From an uncultured Actinomycetes bacterium (GTDB lineage: Bacteria; Actinomycetota; Thermoleophilia; Gaiellales; JAICJC01): a DNA stretch of 64,000 nucleotides. Under the pieces are notes generated by a model that saw only the letters and a program-made list of their open reading frames with translations, was not told where the DNA came from and ran no database searches. This document shows, piece by piece, positions 19,738-30,339 of this stretch. The stretch lies in the NCBI GenBank assembly GCA_963731515.1, contig CAVSVU010000018.1, positions 114,424 through 178,423 of the forward strand. The letters run 5' to 3'. The number at the start of each line of letters is the position of its first letter. Within the stretch, counting starts at the first letter, position 1. A program made the position numbers and the translations under genes.

Positions 19738-21641
19738 GTCGAGGGCGGCGGGCCGCCGCAGGTCGGGTCGCTGGGCCGGAACTTGGTCACGGTGATGGTC
19801 ACGGTCGAGCCGCGCGGCGCCGTCGGGCCGTTCGGGCTCTGCGCCTGGACGATGTTGTTCTTGCTCTGGTCGTTGCACTCGGGCTGCTGGATCACCGAGA
19901 TCTTGAACCCGGCCGAGCTGAGCTCCTGCTTGGCCTGGCCGACGGGGTCGCCGACGACGGCCGGGAGGGTCGTCTGGCCGGGACCGCTCGAGATGAAGAC
20001 GGTGACGTTCGTCTGCTGGGCGACCCGGGTGACGCCGCCCAGGCTGGTCGCGAACGCCGTTCCCGTCTCCGCCGAGCTGGAGCGGTTCTGGCAGTTGGCC
20101 TTGAGCGTGACCTTCTGCAGCGCCTTCTTGGCGTCGTCGCATGAATCCCCGATGACCGAGGGCACCTGCACGAACCCGCTCGCGATCTTCAGGATGACGG
20201 TCGAGCCGGTGTCCGCCGTCATGCCCTCCTTCGGCGTGCTGCCGATGACGACGTTCTGCGCTGCCTTGGGTGAGTCGATCGCGACGGGTGTTCCCGCCAC
20301 GAGATGGGCTCCCTGGAGCGCTGTTTGCGCTGACAGCAGCGACAGCCCCTTCACCTTCGGCACCGTGACGCTCTTCGGACCGTTGCCGACGCGCAGCGTC
20401 ACGACGGCGCCGTTGGACACGCCGGATCCCGGTGTGGGATCCGTGCTCACGACCTTGTTCAGCTGGGTGAAGCTCGACTTCGTGGGCACGCAGCGCCCGG
20501 TGAGCCCGTCCGCCTTCAGCGTCGACTTCGCCTGGTTGCACGTCTGGCCGATCACCGACTGCGGCACGGTCTTGTCGCTTCCGGAGAGCATCGAGTAGAC
20601 GACGAACCCGGCCACGGCCGCGAGGGCGAGCAGGAGAAGGACGAGCACCCAGGGCCAGGCGCTGCGGCGCGGGGCCGGCCGGTCGGGCGGCGGAGGCGGC
20701 GGCTGGCGCATGACGCTGGTCGCACCGTCGGCCGCTCCCCCGATGACGCGGGTGGCCTCGCCGGCGGCGATCACGCGCGTCGCCTGCTGGGTGTCTGCCG
20801 ACGCCGACTGGCCGCGGCTGACGCGCGCGAGCTCCTCGGACATCTGCTTCGCCGACGAGAACCGCAGCGCCGGGTCCTTGGCCAGCGCCCGCATCACCAC
20901 CTGCTCCATCGCCGGCGAGACGAGCCGGTTTCGCCGGTTCAGCGGCGGCGGCGTGTCCGCGACCTGCTTCATCGCGATGTCGACGGCCGACTCGCCCGTG
21001 AACGGCAGGTCGCCGCACAGCATCTCGTAGAGCACGACGCCCATCGAGTAGATGTCCGACTCCGGCCCGACGGCGAGGCCCCGGGCCTGCTCCGGGGACA
21101 GGTACTGGGCGGTGCCCACGATCGAGCCCACCTCGGTCATCTGCTGCGTGTTGGCGGCGCGGGCGATGCCGAAGTCCGTCACCTTGAGCCGGCCCTCGTC
21201 GGTCAGCACCATGTTGTGCGGCTTCACGTCGCGGTGGATCACCCCCTGGCGGTGGGCGGCCTCGAGCGCCGCCAGCGCCTGGGTGGCGTAGTTGATCGCC
21301 TCCGGCTCGGGCAGCGGCGCCCGCCGGGTGATCTCCTCCTTCAGCGTCGGCCCGTCCAGGTACTCCATGGCGATGTAGGACGTCCCCATCGCCTCGCCGC
21401 GGTCGTAGACGGTGACGATGTTGGGGTGGCGCAGGCTGGCGGCCGCCGCCGCCTCGCGCCGGAACCGCTCGACGAAGGCGGCGTCGCGGGCGTAGCGGTC
21501 GGACAGGACCTTGATCGCGACCTTGCGCCCGAGCGACTGGTCGGTGGCGAGGTAGACGTCCGCCATGCCGCCGGAGCCGATCTGGCGCTCGATCACGTAG
21601 CGGCCGTCGAACAGCTGCCCGATGAGGGAGAAGGCGCTCAC
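19734..21641 (-). CDS. pknB: PASTA-domain Ser/Thr protein kinase PknB/Stk1
   Basis: 'GSGGMADVY', 'HRDVKPHN', 'DFGIARA', TM helix, then four PASTA-like repeats. Confidence 0.93.
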   Translation of the reverse strand: MSAFSLIGQLFDGRYVIERQIGSGGMADVYLATDQSLGRKVAIKVLSDRYARDAAFVERFRREAAAAASLRHPNIVTVYDRGEAMGTSYIAMEYLDGPTLKEEITRRAPLPEPEAINYATQALAALEAAHRQGVIHRDVKPHNMVLTDEGRLKVTDFGIARAANTQQMTEVGSIVGTAQYLSPEQARGLAVGPESDIYSMGVVLYEMLCGDLPFTGESAVDIAMKQVADTPPPLNRRNRLVSPAMEQVVMRALAKDPALRFSSAKQMSEELARVSRGQSASADTQQATRVIAAGEATRVIGGAADGATSVMRQPPPPPPDRPAPRRSAWPWVLVLLLLALAAVAGFVVYSMLSGSDKTVPQSVIGQTCNQAKSTLKADGLTGRCVPTKSSFTQLNKVVSTDPTPGSGVSNGAVVTLRVGNGPKSVTVPKVKGLSLLSAQTALQGAHLVAGTPVAIDSPKAAQNVVIGSTPKEGMTADTGSTVILKIASGFVQVPSVIGDSCDDAKKALQKVTLKANCQNRSSSAETGTAFATSLGGVTRVAQQTNVTVFISSGPGQTTLPAVVGDPVGQAKQELSSAGFKISVIQQPECNDQSKNNIVQAQSPNGPTAPRGSTVTITVTKFRPSDPTCGGPPPST

Positions 21642-21648
21642 GAAGCCG

Positions 21649-23112
21649 CTACTTTGCCACGCCCGGCCCGAGGTACGCCTCGATCACCTTGGCGGCGATG
21701 GGCGCGGCGATCTGCCCGCCGAACTCCGGCGTGCGCTCCACGACGACCGCGACGGCGATCTTGGGATGCTCGGCGGGCGCGAATGCGATGAACCAGGCGG
21801 TGTTGAGCCCGTTCACGCCCGTCTCGGCCGTCCCGGTCTTGCCGGCGACGTTCAGGCCGAGCACGTTCGCGGCCGTGCCGGTGCCCTCGTCGACCACGTT
21901 GCGCATGTCGTTCGTGAGCTCCGCGGCCGACTGCGGTGACATCACCCGCTCGACCTGCTGGGGCCTGCCGGTGTAGACGGTGCGGCCGCCGGGGGTGACC
22001 ACCTTGTCGACCAGGTTGGGCGCCATGCGCACGCCGCCGTTCGCGACCGTCGCCGCCACCGTGGCCATCTGCAGCGGGGTCACCCCCAGCCGCTCCTGGC
22101 CGATCGCCACCCTGCCGACGTCGATGGGCGCGCCCGGCGGGAGCATGCGGCCGTTCGAGTAGACGCCGCTCGGGTTCATCTCGTCGGTGGGGTACGAGAG
22201 CGGAGGCAGCCGGTAGAACCCGTACTTCAGCATCGTGTCGTCGAGCCTGGTCTGCCCCACCTTCTGGCCGAGCTGGGCGAAGTAGGTGTTGACCGAGTTG
22301 GTGAGCGCGGTGTTCAGGTCGATCGTGCCGAAGCTCTCGGTGCCGGCGTTGCAGAGCTGGTGGCCCTCGTCGACGATGCAGTGACCGCCCGCGTCGATCT
22401 CGAGCTGCTGCGGGCCGAACCCGGCGTTGAGCGCCGCGGTCGCGGTCACGATCTTGAACGTCGAGCCCGGGGCGTAGAGCCCCTGCGTGGCCCGGTTCAG
22501 GAGCGGCGCTCCGCCCTTCGCGGTGAGCCGGGAGAAGTTCTGGTCGACCTTGGTCGGATCGAAGCTCGGCGAGGAGTACATCGCCACCACCCGGCCCGTG
22601 CTGGGCTCCATCGCCACCACGGCCCCGGTCAGGCCCTGGCCCTCGAGCCCCTGCTGCGCGGCCTTCTGGGCGGGCACCGACAGGCTGGTGATGACGTTGT
22701 CGCCGGTGACGGTCTCGCCCCGCAGCGTCGAGCCGATGTTCGAGATGACGGTGGCGAGGTCGGAGTTCGACGCCGTCAGGTACGGGTTCTCGCTCAGCTC
22801 GAGGGCGGTGCGGCCGTCGCCGACCGTGTTGTACCCGACGGCATGCGCGAAGAGCGGTCCGAACGGATAGCGGCGGGTGTAGAGCGTGAGCCCGTTGTGG
22901 TGCACCGCCTTGTTGTGGGCGAGGACGGTGTGCCCGTTGGCGGCCAGGATCAGCCCGCGCCGGATCTGCAGCTGGCGGTAGACGAGCCGGGCGTTGTCGC
23001 GGCGGTCGGCCAGCGACGAGGCCGCCCAGATCTGCCAGTAGGCGGTCATCGTGATCAGGAGGGCGATCCCGACGGCCACCAGCCGGAAGAGGGTGTTGAT
23101 CTGGCGGTTCAC
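21649..23112 (-). CDS. pbpA: Penicillin-binding protein PbpA (class B transpeptidase)
   Basis: 'PGSTFK' SxxK, 'SVN' SxN, 'KTGTAE'. Confidence 0.92.
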   Translation of the reverse strand: MNRQINTLFRLVAVGIALLITMTAYWQIWAASSLADRRDNARLVYRQLQIRRGLILAANGHTVLAHNKAVHHNGLTLYTRRYPFGPLFAHAVGYNTVGDGRTALELSENPYLTASNSDLATVISNIGSTLRGETVTGDNVITSLSVPAQKAAQQGLEGQGLTGAVVAMEPSTGRVVAMYSSPSFDPTKVDQNFSRLTAKGGAPLLNRATQGLYAPGSTFKIVTATAALNAGFGPQQLEIDAGGHCIVDEGHQLCNAGTESFGTIDLNTALTNSVNTYFAQLGQKVGQTRLDDTMLKYGFYRLPPLSYPTDEMNPSGVYSNGRMLPPGAPIDVGRVAIGQERLGVTPLQMATVAATVANGGVRMAPNLVDKVVTPGGRTVYTGRPQQVERVMSPQSAAELTNDMRNVVDEGTGTAANVLGLNVAGKTGTAETGVNGLNTAWFIAFAPAEHPKIAVAVVVERTPEFGGQIAAPIAAKVIEAYLGPGVAK

Positions 23113-24398
23113 GTCGTCCGCCGCGTCGCGGCCCGGTCGGACACCATCAGGAGCAGCGCCAGGACGAGGAAGTTGGACACGATCGACGACCCGCCGTAGC
23201 TCACGAACGGCAGCGTCACGCCGGTCAGGGGGATCAGCCGGGTGATGCCGCCGACGATCAGGAACGCCTGCAGCGTGAACGAGAACGTGAGCCCGCAGGC
23301 GAGCAGCTTCGAGAAGCTGTCGTCGGCGAGCGTCGCGATCTTGAAGCCGCGGTAGGCGAAGAGCAGGTAGATCAGGAGCAGCCCCGCAGCGCCGGCGAGG
23401 CCGGTCTCGTCCGACCAGGCGGCGTAGATGCCGTCGGTCTGGACGGCCGGGATGATCGTCTGGCCGTGGCCGATCACCTGCAGGCTGCGACCGAGCCCGG
23501 TGCCGAAGACGCCGCCGTCGGCGATGGACTCGACCGACTGCACCACCTGGTAGCCGGTCGTGTGCGCATGCGACCAGGGGTCGATCCAGATCGAGAAGCG
23601 CTCGCGCACGTGCGGGATCGCCTCGTAGACGAACAGCGAGCCGACCGCGAACGTCGCCAGGCCGAGCACCGTGTACAGATGCCGCCCGGTGGCGACGTAG
23701 ATCATCGCCAGGAAGATGCCGAAGAGGAGCAGCGCCGAGCCGAGGTCGTTCATGACGGCCAGGACGCCGAGCGAGATCGCCGCCATCAGCGCGAGCGGGC
23801 CGAGGTGGCGGGCCGCGGGGATGTCGACCCCGAGCACCCGCCGGCGGGCGTACGTCAGCACCTCGCGGTTCTCGCGCAGGTAGCCGGCCAGCGAGATGAC
23901 CAGCAGGAGCTTCACGAACTCGCCCGGCTGCACCTGCACGCCGCCGATGCGGATCCACAGCCGGGCGCCGTTGACCGTCGTCCCGGCGACCATGGTGAAC
24001 AGCAGCAGGCCGACCGCGACGGTTGCGAGCGAGTACTTGTAGGCCTCCAGGCGGCGGTGGTCGCCCAGGACGAAGATCAGCCCCAGGAAGCCGATCAGCC
24101 CGATGACGATCCACACCGACTGGTCGCGGGCGAGCGTCGGCTGGAGCCGGTAGATCTCGGTCAGCCCGAGCCCGGAGAGGAGCGCCGCGAGCGGCAGCAG
24201 CCACGGGTCGGCGTTGGGCAGCCCCGCCCGCACGCCGATGTGGGCGACGGCGAACAGGGCCAGGAAGACGCCGGCGTAGACGAGCGAGGTGCTCGAGATC
24301 TGGTTCTGGCGGGCGGTGTAGACCGACGCGAAGCCGATCGCGGTCAGCATCCCCACGAGTACGAGGTTCGTGAGCTCGCGCAGGCGGACGGATCTCAC
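23109..24398 (-). CDS. rodA: SEDS-family protein RodA/FtsW
   Basis: 'GARLWI...QPGEFVK', 'DLGSALL', 'IPLTGVTLPFVSYGGSS'. Confidence 0.93.
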   Translation of the reverse strand: MRSVRLRELTNLVLVGMLTAIGFASVYTARQNQISSTSLVYAGVFLALFAVAHIGVRAGLPNADPWLLPLAALLSGLGLTEIYRLQPTLARDQSVWIVIGLIGFLGLIFVLGDHRRLEAYKYSLATVAVGLLLFTMVAGTTVNGARLWIRIGGVQVQPGEFVKLLLVISLAGYLRENREVLTYARRRVLGVDIPAARHLGPLALMAAISLGVLAVMNDLGSALLLFGIFLAMIYVATGRHLYTVLGLATFAVGSLFVYEAIPHVRERFSIWIDPWSHAHTTGYQVVQSVESIADGGVFGTGLGRSLQVIGHGQTIIPAVQTDGIYAAWSDETGLAGAAGLLLIYLLFAYRGFKIATLADDSFSKLLACGLTFSFTLQAFLIVGGITRLIPLTGVTLPFVSYGGSSIVSNFLVLALLLMVSDRAATRRTT

Positions 24399-25517
24399 GG
24401 GCTCGCCACCTCGTAGGGGCGCAGCGTCGACATCGCGGAGGAGTCGCTGCGCAGCGTGTGGTCGAAGAGCGTCTTCCGCTGCCTGGGAGTGAGCGTCGCG
24501 TAGCTGACCGTCGACTCGTAGACGACGTGGTAGAGGTGGACGCCGAACGGCAGGTCGACGGGGACGCCCTGGTAGACGGCGACCCGGCCGGTGGCCGTGT
24601 CCGCGCCGATGAAGTGGCTCTCGCGCAGGCCGGCGACGGCCGCGACGGCCAGCCCGAGCGTCAGCACGCCGGCGCCGATGAACGCGACGATCGTGCGCGC
24701 CCGCGGGCCTCCGCCGTCGTCTCGGTCATCGTCGATCCCGGAGGGCAGGATGTGCGTGCGGCCCGCTTCGGCCGGCTCGGCGTCAGCCTCGGCGGCGATC
24801 TCGCCGACGCGGAACACGATCGCGGTCACGTTGTCCTCGCCGCCGCCCGCGAGCGCGGCCCGGACGAGGTCGCGCGCGATCGCCGCGGCCGCCCCGCCGC
24901 CGGCGAGGATGTCGGCGATCGTCGCCTCGGGCACCATGGTGTTCAGGCCGTCGCTGCAGAGCAGGAACACGTCGCCGTCCTGCGCGTGCACCGCGAACGT
25001 ATCGACCTCGACCGACTCGTCCGTCCCCAGCGCCCGGGTGATCACGCTGCGCTGGGGGTGGCGCTCGGCGTCGGTCTCGGACAGCTCGCCCTTGCGCACC
25101 AGCTCGCCGACGAGCGAGTGGTCGTCGGAGAGCCGCTGCAGGCTGCCGTCGCGGAGCAGGTAGGCGCGGCTGTCGCCGACGTGGGCGAAGGCGATGGTGC
25201 CCGTGTCGTCGATGAGCGCCGCGGTCACCGTCGTCCCCATTCCCGGCCGCGTCCGGGTCGGAGCGTGACCGCTCGAGGATGAGGCGGTTGGCCGTGCGGA
25301 TGGTCTCGCGCAGCACGTCGGTCGGCGTATCGCCGATCAGGTCGGCCTGGGCGAAGGCCTCGGCGCACATGCGCGACGCGATCTCGCCCGCCTGCGCGCC
25401 GCCCATGCCGTCGGCGACCATGAACAGGGGCGAGCGCATCAGATAGGAGTCCTCGTTCGAGCGGCGGACGTTGCCGGTCTGGGTGACGCCGGCGGAGTCG
25501 ACGATCCCGAGGCTCAT
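24395..25517 (-). CDS. pstP: PP2C-family Ser/Thr phosphatase PstP/Stp1 (apparent +1 frameshift near 25243)
   Basis: 'RRSNED', 'VADGMGG', then in a shifted frame 'MGTT', 'HVGDSRAY', 'LCSDGL', 'GGEDN' and a TM helix. Confidence 0.9.
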
Positions 25518-25978
25518 GCGTCGGCCCGGTATGTGAGCTGGGTCTGGCCGATGGTGACGACGTCGCCGGCGACGAGGCGGCGGACGCCGACCAGCCGGTC
25601 GCCGTTCACGTAGGTGCCGTTCGTCGAGCGCAGGTCCTCGACGATGTCGCCGTCCTGGGCGCGGCCGAAGCGGGCGTGCCGGCCCGAGGCATACCCGTCC
25701 GAGCCGAGCGGGATGTCGAGCTCGGCGTCGCGGCCCGCGACCAGGTCGCGGCCGATCTCGATGCTCGTCCCGGCCACGAGCTCGGGGCTCTGGACGACCA
25801 CGAGCCGGCCGGCCGACCGGGCCGGCTCGGACCTGGCGGCGGGCTTCACCGGGCGCAGCACCATGCTCTCCTGGCCGGCGGTCATGTCGCGGGAGGCGAC
25901 CCGGATCACGCGCCAGATGAAGAGGTACAGGAGGACGACGAAGCCCACCTGGAGGAGCAGCAGGAGCTGCTTAACCAA
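25514..25978 (-). CDS. fhaB: Membrane-anchored FHA-domain protein (FhaB/FipA-like)
   Basis: N-terminal TM helix, 'GR', 'SGRHA', 'DLRSTNGT'. Confidence 0.85.
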   Translation of the reverse strand: MVKQLLLLLQVGFVVLLYLFIWRVIRVASRDMTAGQESMVLRPVKPAARSEPARSAGRLVVVQSPELVAGTSIEIGRDLVAGRDAELDIPLGSDGYASGRHARFGRAQDGDIVEDLRSTNGTYVNGDRLVGVRRLVAGDVVTIGQTQLTYRADA

Positions 25979-26822
25979 GGCGACGCTCGAACGTGAGCCT
26001 GGTCGTGCCCACGCCGATCACGTCTCCGTTCATGAGCGACGTCTCGCCCACCCGCTGGCCGTTCACCTCGGTGCCGTTGGTCGATCCCAGGTCGACCAGC
26101 GAGAAGCCCTCGCCCAGGCGGCGGATCTCGGCGTGGCGACGCGACACGTTGGGGTCGTCGACGACGACGTCGCACCCGCTGGAGCGGCCGATGACCGTGA
26201 CGCCCTGGTCGAGCGACAGGTCGCGGCCGTCCCACAGGAGCACCGCCTGCTCTCGCGGCGGCGGCGCGGGCTCGGGCTCCGGCTCCGGCTCGGGCTCCGG
26301 CTCGGGCGCGTAGACCATGGTCGCGCTGGTCAGGGGCGGGTCGGGGATCGGAGGCATCACGGGCGGCACGTCGAGCGGCGCGGCTGGCGCAGGTGGCGCC
26401 GGCGGCACGTCGGGCACGGCGACCGTCGCGGACGGGCCGGGCTGGCCATCCGGGGCGTCCTCGGCACCGACGGCGATGCCGAACATCCCGACGGTCAGGT
26501 CGGGCTCGGACTCGAGCGTGACGACGGGGCGGGTCGCGGTGCTGTAGCCCTCGCGGCGGGCGTGCTCGACGAGATACTCCGCGAGCTCGTTGCACATCTG
26601 CGTCTCGTAGGCCGCGAACTGCTCGCGATCGGCCGGGTTCAGGTAGACGGTGTACGTGTTCGGGACGTAGACGCGGTGAATCGAGATCGTGCGGTGGTCG
26701 TCCATCTCCTTGGCGAGCTTGCGGGCCAGCTCGACGGGTTGCACCGACGATCGGAACGTGCGACCGAAGAGGCCTTCGACAAGGCCCCCGATCTTCCGTT
26801 CGATGTCGCGGAAAACGCTCAC
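25971..26822 (-). CDS. fhaA: FhaA-like protein (DUF3662 + Pro-rich linker + FHA)
   Basis: 'FRSSVQPVELARKLAKEMD', 'VPNTYTV', (PE)n linker, 'IGR...VSRRHAE...DLGSTNGT'. Confidence 0.88.
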   Translation of the reverse strand: MSVFRDIERKIGGLVEGLFGRTFRSSVQPVELARKLAKEMDDHRTISIHRVYVPNTYTVYLNPADREQFAAYETQMCNELAEYLVEHARREGYSTATRPVVTLESEPDLTVGMFGIAVGAEDAPDGQPGPSATVAVPDVPPAPPAPAAPLDVPPVMPPIPDPPLTSATMVYAPEPEPEPEPEPEPAPPPREQAVLLWDGRDLSLDQGVTVIGRSSGCDVVVDDPNVSRRHAEIRRLGEGFSLVDLGSTNGTEVNGQRVGETSLMNGDVIGVGTTRLTFERRLG

Positions 26823-26850
26823 GGTGGGCAGCCGAGACGGGATGTTCGGG

Positions 26851-28494
26851 TCAGCCGCCACGCTCGGGATGTGGTCCGGCGACTGCCCAGACGGCGGGGA
26901 TTATAGCTGTGAGGACCGCCGCGATCTCCGCACCGAGGCCCCCCGCGCCGCTCGCGAGCAGCTGGGGGATCCCGATGGCTGCAAGCCCGAAACCGAGGCC
27001 CCAGAGGCACACCGCCTGCACGCGCCGCTCGCTCCACCAGGCGAACGGCAGCAGCACGGCGAACGCGGCCATCGCGACGACCGTGGCGGCCAGCGCCGGG
27101 TCGCGGTCGATCACGTGCAGGTAGGCGAAGGGGCTGTTCGCGCCGGCCAGGCCCGCGGAGAGGCGCGCGGTCGCCCAGCCGCCGCACACCGCGGCCACGA
27201 TCGCGCCCGCGGCAGCCTCGGCCGCCCGCCGCCCTCGCGTCGGCGCGGTCGCGGCGACGAGGACGATTGCGGTCCCCATCCCCACGAGCGCCAGCGGGAC
27301 GGCGGCGAGCGGCGCCAGGCAGCGGCGGCCCGGGTTGCGGCGTGACGACCAGATCCAGGCGGCGGCGAGGCCGATCCAGAGGAGCCCGGCCGCCTCGGCG
27401 AAGTTCCAGAACGCGGGCACGGCGATGACCGCGCCGGCGGTCGCCGCCGCGAGCGGGCGCCGCCACGCCAGCGCGCCGAGGAGCACGGCCAGCGGGATCG
27501 TCCACGACGGCGGGTACATCGGGAACGCGGTCAGCGTGAACGCCAGGGCGAACCCGGCCAGGAGCGCCGACGTCGCCGGTGCGGCGCGGTCGCGCAGCCG
27601 CTCGAACGGGAGCGCGACGCGGCGGCGGACGGGCGCCGCCTCGGGCGCGAACCCCGGGGCCGCGGCGACGGACGGCGCCGCGATCGCGGCCAGCAGCTGG
27701 TCGCGCAGCCCGGCCGCGTCCGGCCGGCGGTTGGGATCGGGATGCATCGCGCGCTCGAGCGCACGGGAGAGGTCGCGGGGGAGGTCGGGCCGCAGCCGGT
27801 GCAGGGGCGCAGCCTTCTGGCTCTGGTTGTCGAGCAGCTCGCCCAGGCTGCGGGCGCGGTAGGGGTTGCGCCCGGTCAGCGTGGCGTACAGCGTCAGCCC
27901 CGCCGACCACACGTCGGTCGCCCCGGTTGCGCGCCGCCCGGCCGCCTGCTCGGGCGCCATGTACGACAGCGTGCCGAGCAGCCGCTCGTCGACGGTGGGC
28001 TCGCGGGCGTCCTCGTCGCGGGCGATCCCGAAGTCGGTCAGATGCACGCCGCCGTCGTTCGAGACCAGGATGTTGGCCGGCTTCACGTCGCGGTGGACCA
28101 CTCCGCGCTCGTGCGCGTGCGCGAGCGCGTCACAGACGGCGGCGACCGCGCGGACGGCCTGCTCGTCGGAGAGGCCGCTGCGGTCGAAGCGCTCGCCCAC
28201 CACGAGCTGGGAGATGAGGTAGGCGTGCTCCTCGTCGTGGGCCACGCCGACCACCTCGTGGATGTTGGGGTGGTCGAGCTTCTGCGCGGTGCGGGCCTCG
28301 CGGTCGGCGCGGGGGGCGAGGCCGTCGTCGCGGCTGAAGACCTTCACCGCCACCGCCTCGCCGGACGCGCTGTCGTGGCCCGTGTAGACCGAGCCGAACC
28401 CGCCCTTGCCGAGGACGTCGGTCAGCCGGTAGCGGCCGGCGACGATTCGGCCTTCGAGGCTCGCGGGGTCGGTTGCGGGAGCCGGCTGCGCCAC
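26851..28494 (-). CDS. Ser/Thr protein kinase with multi-TM C-terminus
   Basis: 'GKGGFGSV', 'VAVK', 'HRDVKPAN', 'DFG', 'YMAPE', followed by hydrophobic helices. Confidence 0.88.
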   Translation of the reverse strand: MAQPAPATDPASLEGRIVAGRYRLTDVLGKGGFGSVYTGHDSASGEAVAVKVFSRDDGLAPRADREARTAQKLDHPNIHEVVGVAHDEEHAYLISQLVVGERFDRSGLSDEQAVRAVAAVCDALAHAHERGVVHRDVKPANILVSNDGGVHLTDFGIARDEDAREPTVDERLLGTLSYMAPEQAAGRRATGATDVWSAGLTLYATLTGRNPYRARSLGELLDNQSQKAAPLHRLRPDLPRDLSRALERAMHPDPNRRPDAAGLRDQLLAAIAAPSVAAAPGFAPEAAPVRRRVALPFERLRDRAAPATSALLAGFALAFTLTAFPMYPPSWTIPLAVLLGALAWRRPLAAATAGAVIAVPAFWNFAEAAGLLWIGLAAAWIWSSRRNPGRRCLAPLAAVPLALVGMGTAIVLVAATAPTRGRRAAEAAAGAIVAAVCGGWATARLSAGLAGANSPFAYLHVIDRDPALAATVVAMAAFAVLLPFAWWSERRVQAVCLWGLGFGLAAIGIPQLLASGAGGLGAEIAAVLTAIIPAVWAVAGPHPERGG

Positions 28495-28565
28495 GGGGCA
28501 CAGATTGGCGGGAACTGCCTGGATTCCTCCAATTCCGCATCCGGACGCGGTGGTAGGGTCCCGCC

Positions 28566-29854
28566 GTGCCTCCTGACGACTTCTTCGACGACGACTGGGA
28601 GGAGCCGAGCAGAACCGAGGACACCGCCGTCACCCGCTCCGGCGGCGACGGCGAGGAGCGGACGCGAGGCGGTGCCCCCCAGCCCGAGCAGGGCGCCGGC
28701 GCGCGCCAGCCGCGTCCGGCGCAGCGGCGGCCCGCGCGGGGCGGCCGGCGTGCGGCGCAGATGCCGCAAATGCCGAAGATGCCGAAGATGCCGAAGATGC
28801 CCGGCCTTCCCGGGGGTGGGACGGCCTCGCTGCCGGATCTCGAGTACCGCCGTCTGGCCGGCCTCGCCGTCGGGATCCTGGCGGTCATCGTCGTGCTGGT
28901 GCTGCTGGCGCGCAGCTGCTCGGGGTCTTCCGCCAAGAGCGCGAACGAGAACTACGTCGCGGACCTGACCCAGAAGGTGCTCAAGCCGTCGGACAACGTC
29001 GCGGCCGACTTCCACCAGACGCTCGACCTGCGCGCCGCCAGCCTCGCCCAGCTGCAGGGGCGGATCGACGGGGACCTCAAGAGCATGCAGCAGGTGCGGT
29101 CGGCGGCCGCGGCGCTCAAGCCGACGAAGCAGCTCGAGCCATATCAGCCCGCCCTCCTGCAGGCGCTCCAGCTGCGGGTCACGGGCCTGAGCTGCTTCTC
29201 GCAGAACCTCAAGACGGCGTGGAATCTGAACAGGCCGCTCGCGTCCGGCACAGCAGCTCTACCAGTGCATGGGCCAGCTGCTCTCGTCCGACTACGTGTA
29301 CGCCGACTTCTTCGCCGACGGCGCCAACAGCGCGCTCAAGGAGCTCGGCGCCGCCGGCGTGCCGACGTCGCAGTTCCTGCGCACGTCCGACATCGAGCTG
29401 GTGACGCCGGCCGGGATCGGGCAGACGATCCAGGCGCTCCACCCGGGCGCGGTCAAGGGCCTGCACGGCACCCAGGTGGTGTCCGTCGTCGCCTCGCCGC
29501 AGGTGAAGACGCTCGAGCCGGGGCCGCAGAACAAGGTCGTCGGCAACAGCCAGCTCGTGTTCGTCGCGACGATCAAGAACAGCGGCAACTTCACCGAGGT
29601 CGGCGTGAACGTCCAGCTGAAGCTGAAGCGCGCGAACGGCAGCGGCAAGCCGATCGTGAAGACCGAGCAGATCTCGCGCATCGCCAAGGGCGCGAACGCG
29701 ACGGTGCGCTTCACCGGCCTGTTCGCGTCGCCGCAGACCTCGCCCGTCTACTCGGCGCCGTACACGCTCACCGTCACGTCGGAGAAGGTGCCGGGTGAGC
29801 AGGAACACGAGCAACAACGTCGCCAGCTACACCGTGTTCTTCACCCTGCAGTGA
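28566..29854 (+). CDS. Membrane-anchored extracellular protein with C-terminal CARDB/Ig-like domain (apparent +1 frameshifts near 29250 and 29800)
   Basis: Acidic N-terminus, TM helix, helical region, then 'FVATIKNSGNFTEVGVNV...VPGE(Q)NTSNN' after frame correction. Confidence 0.65.
28761..28802 (+). repeat. 9-bp tandem repeat (ATGCCGAAG)n encoding MPQMPKMPKMPKMP
   Basis: atgccgcaa atgccgaag atgccgaag atgccgaag atgccc. Confidence 0.85.
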
Positions 29855-30330
29855 CGACCGCCGCCGAGGCACGTGACATCGCCATCGCCGCTGCGGCCGC
29901 GTCCGCGGTGCTGCTGCTCTGCGTCGTCTACCTGGCGGTGACCCTGCGGCGGATGCGCCGGTCACAGCGGCTGATCGTCGGCACGGACAGCCACGACCTG
30001 GTCGAGTACGCGATGTCGCTGCTCGCCCGCGTCGAGCACGTCGAGGGCCGCGCCGAGGCGATGGAGGCGGCCGCGGCGGCGATCGGCAAGCGGGTCGACC
30101 GGTGCCTCGAGCGGCGTTCGATGCTGCGGTACGATGCGATCGAGGGTGCGGGCGGCAGGCAGTCGGTCACCATCGCCCTGATGGATGCCTCCCGGTCGGG
30201 CCTGATCCTGTCGGCGATCCAGGGGCGAGACTATGCCCGCATCTACGTCAAGGAGATCCGTGACGGGCTCAGCGACGTCGAGCTCTCGCCCGAGGAGATG
30301 CGCGCGCTGGAGCAGGCGACGACGTCCTGA
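29851..30330 (+). CDS. DUF4446-family protein
   Basis: N-terminal TM helix, 'LRYDAIEGAGGRQSVTIALMD...GRDYARIYVK...LSPEE'. Confidence 0.8.
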   Translation: MTTAAEARDIAIAAAAASAVLLLCVVYLAVTLRRMRRSQRLIVGTDSHDLVEYAMSLLARVEHVEGRAEAMEAAAAAIGKRVDRCLERRSMLRYDAIEGAGGRQSVTIALMDASRSGLILSAIQGRDYARIYVKEIRDGLSDVELSPEEMRALEQATTS

Positions 30331-30339
30331 GGCCGCCCG

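Noticed and set aside
26263..26310. Repetitive GGCTCG/GGCTCC tract
   Set aside because: Simply encodes the (PE)n linker of FhaA.
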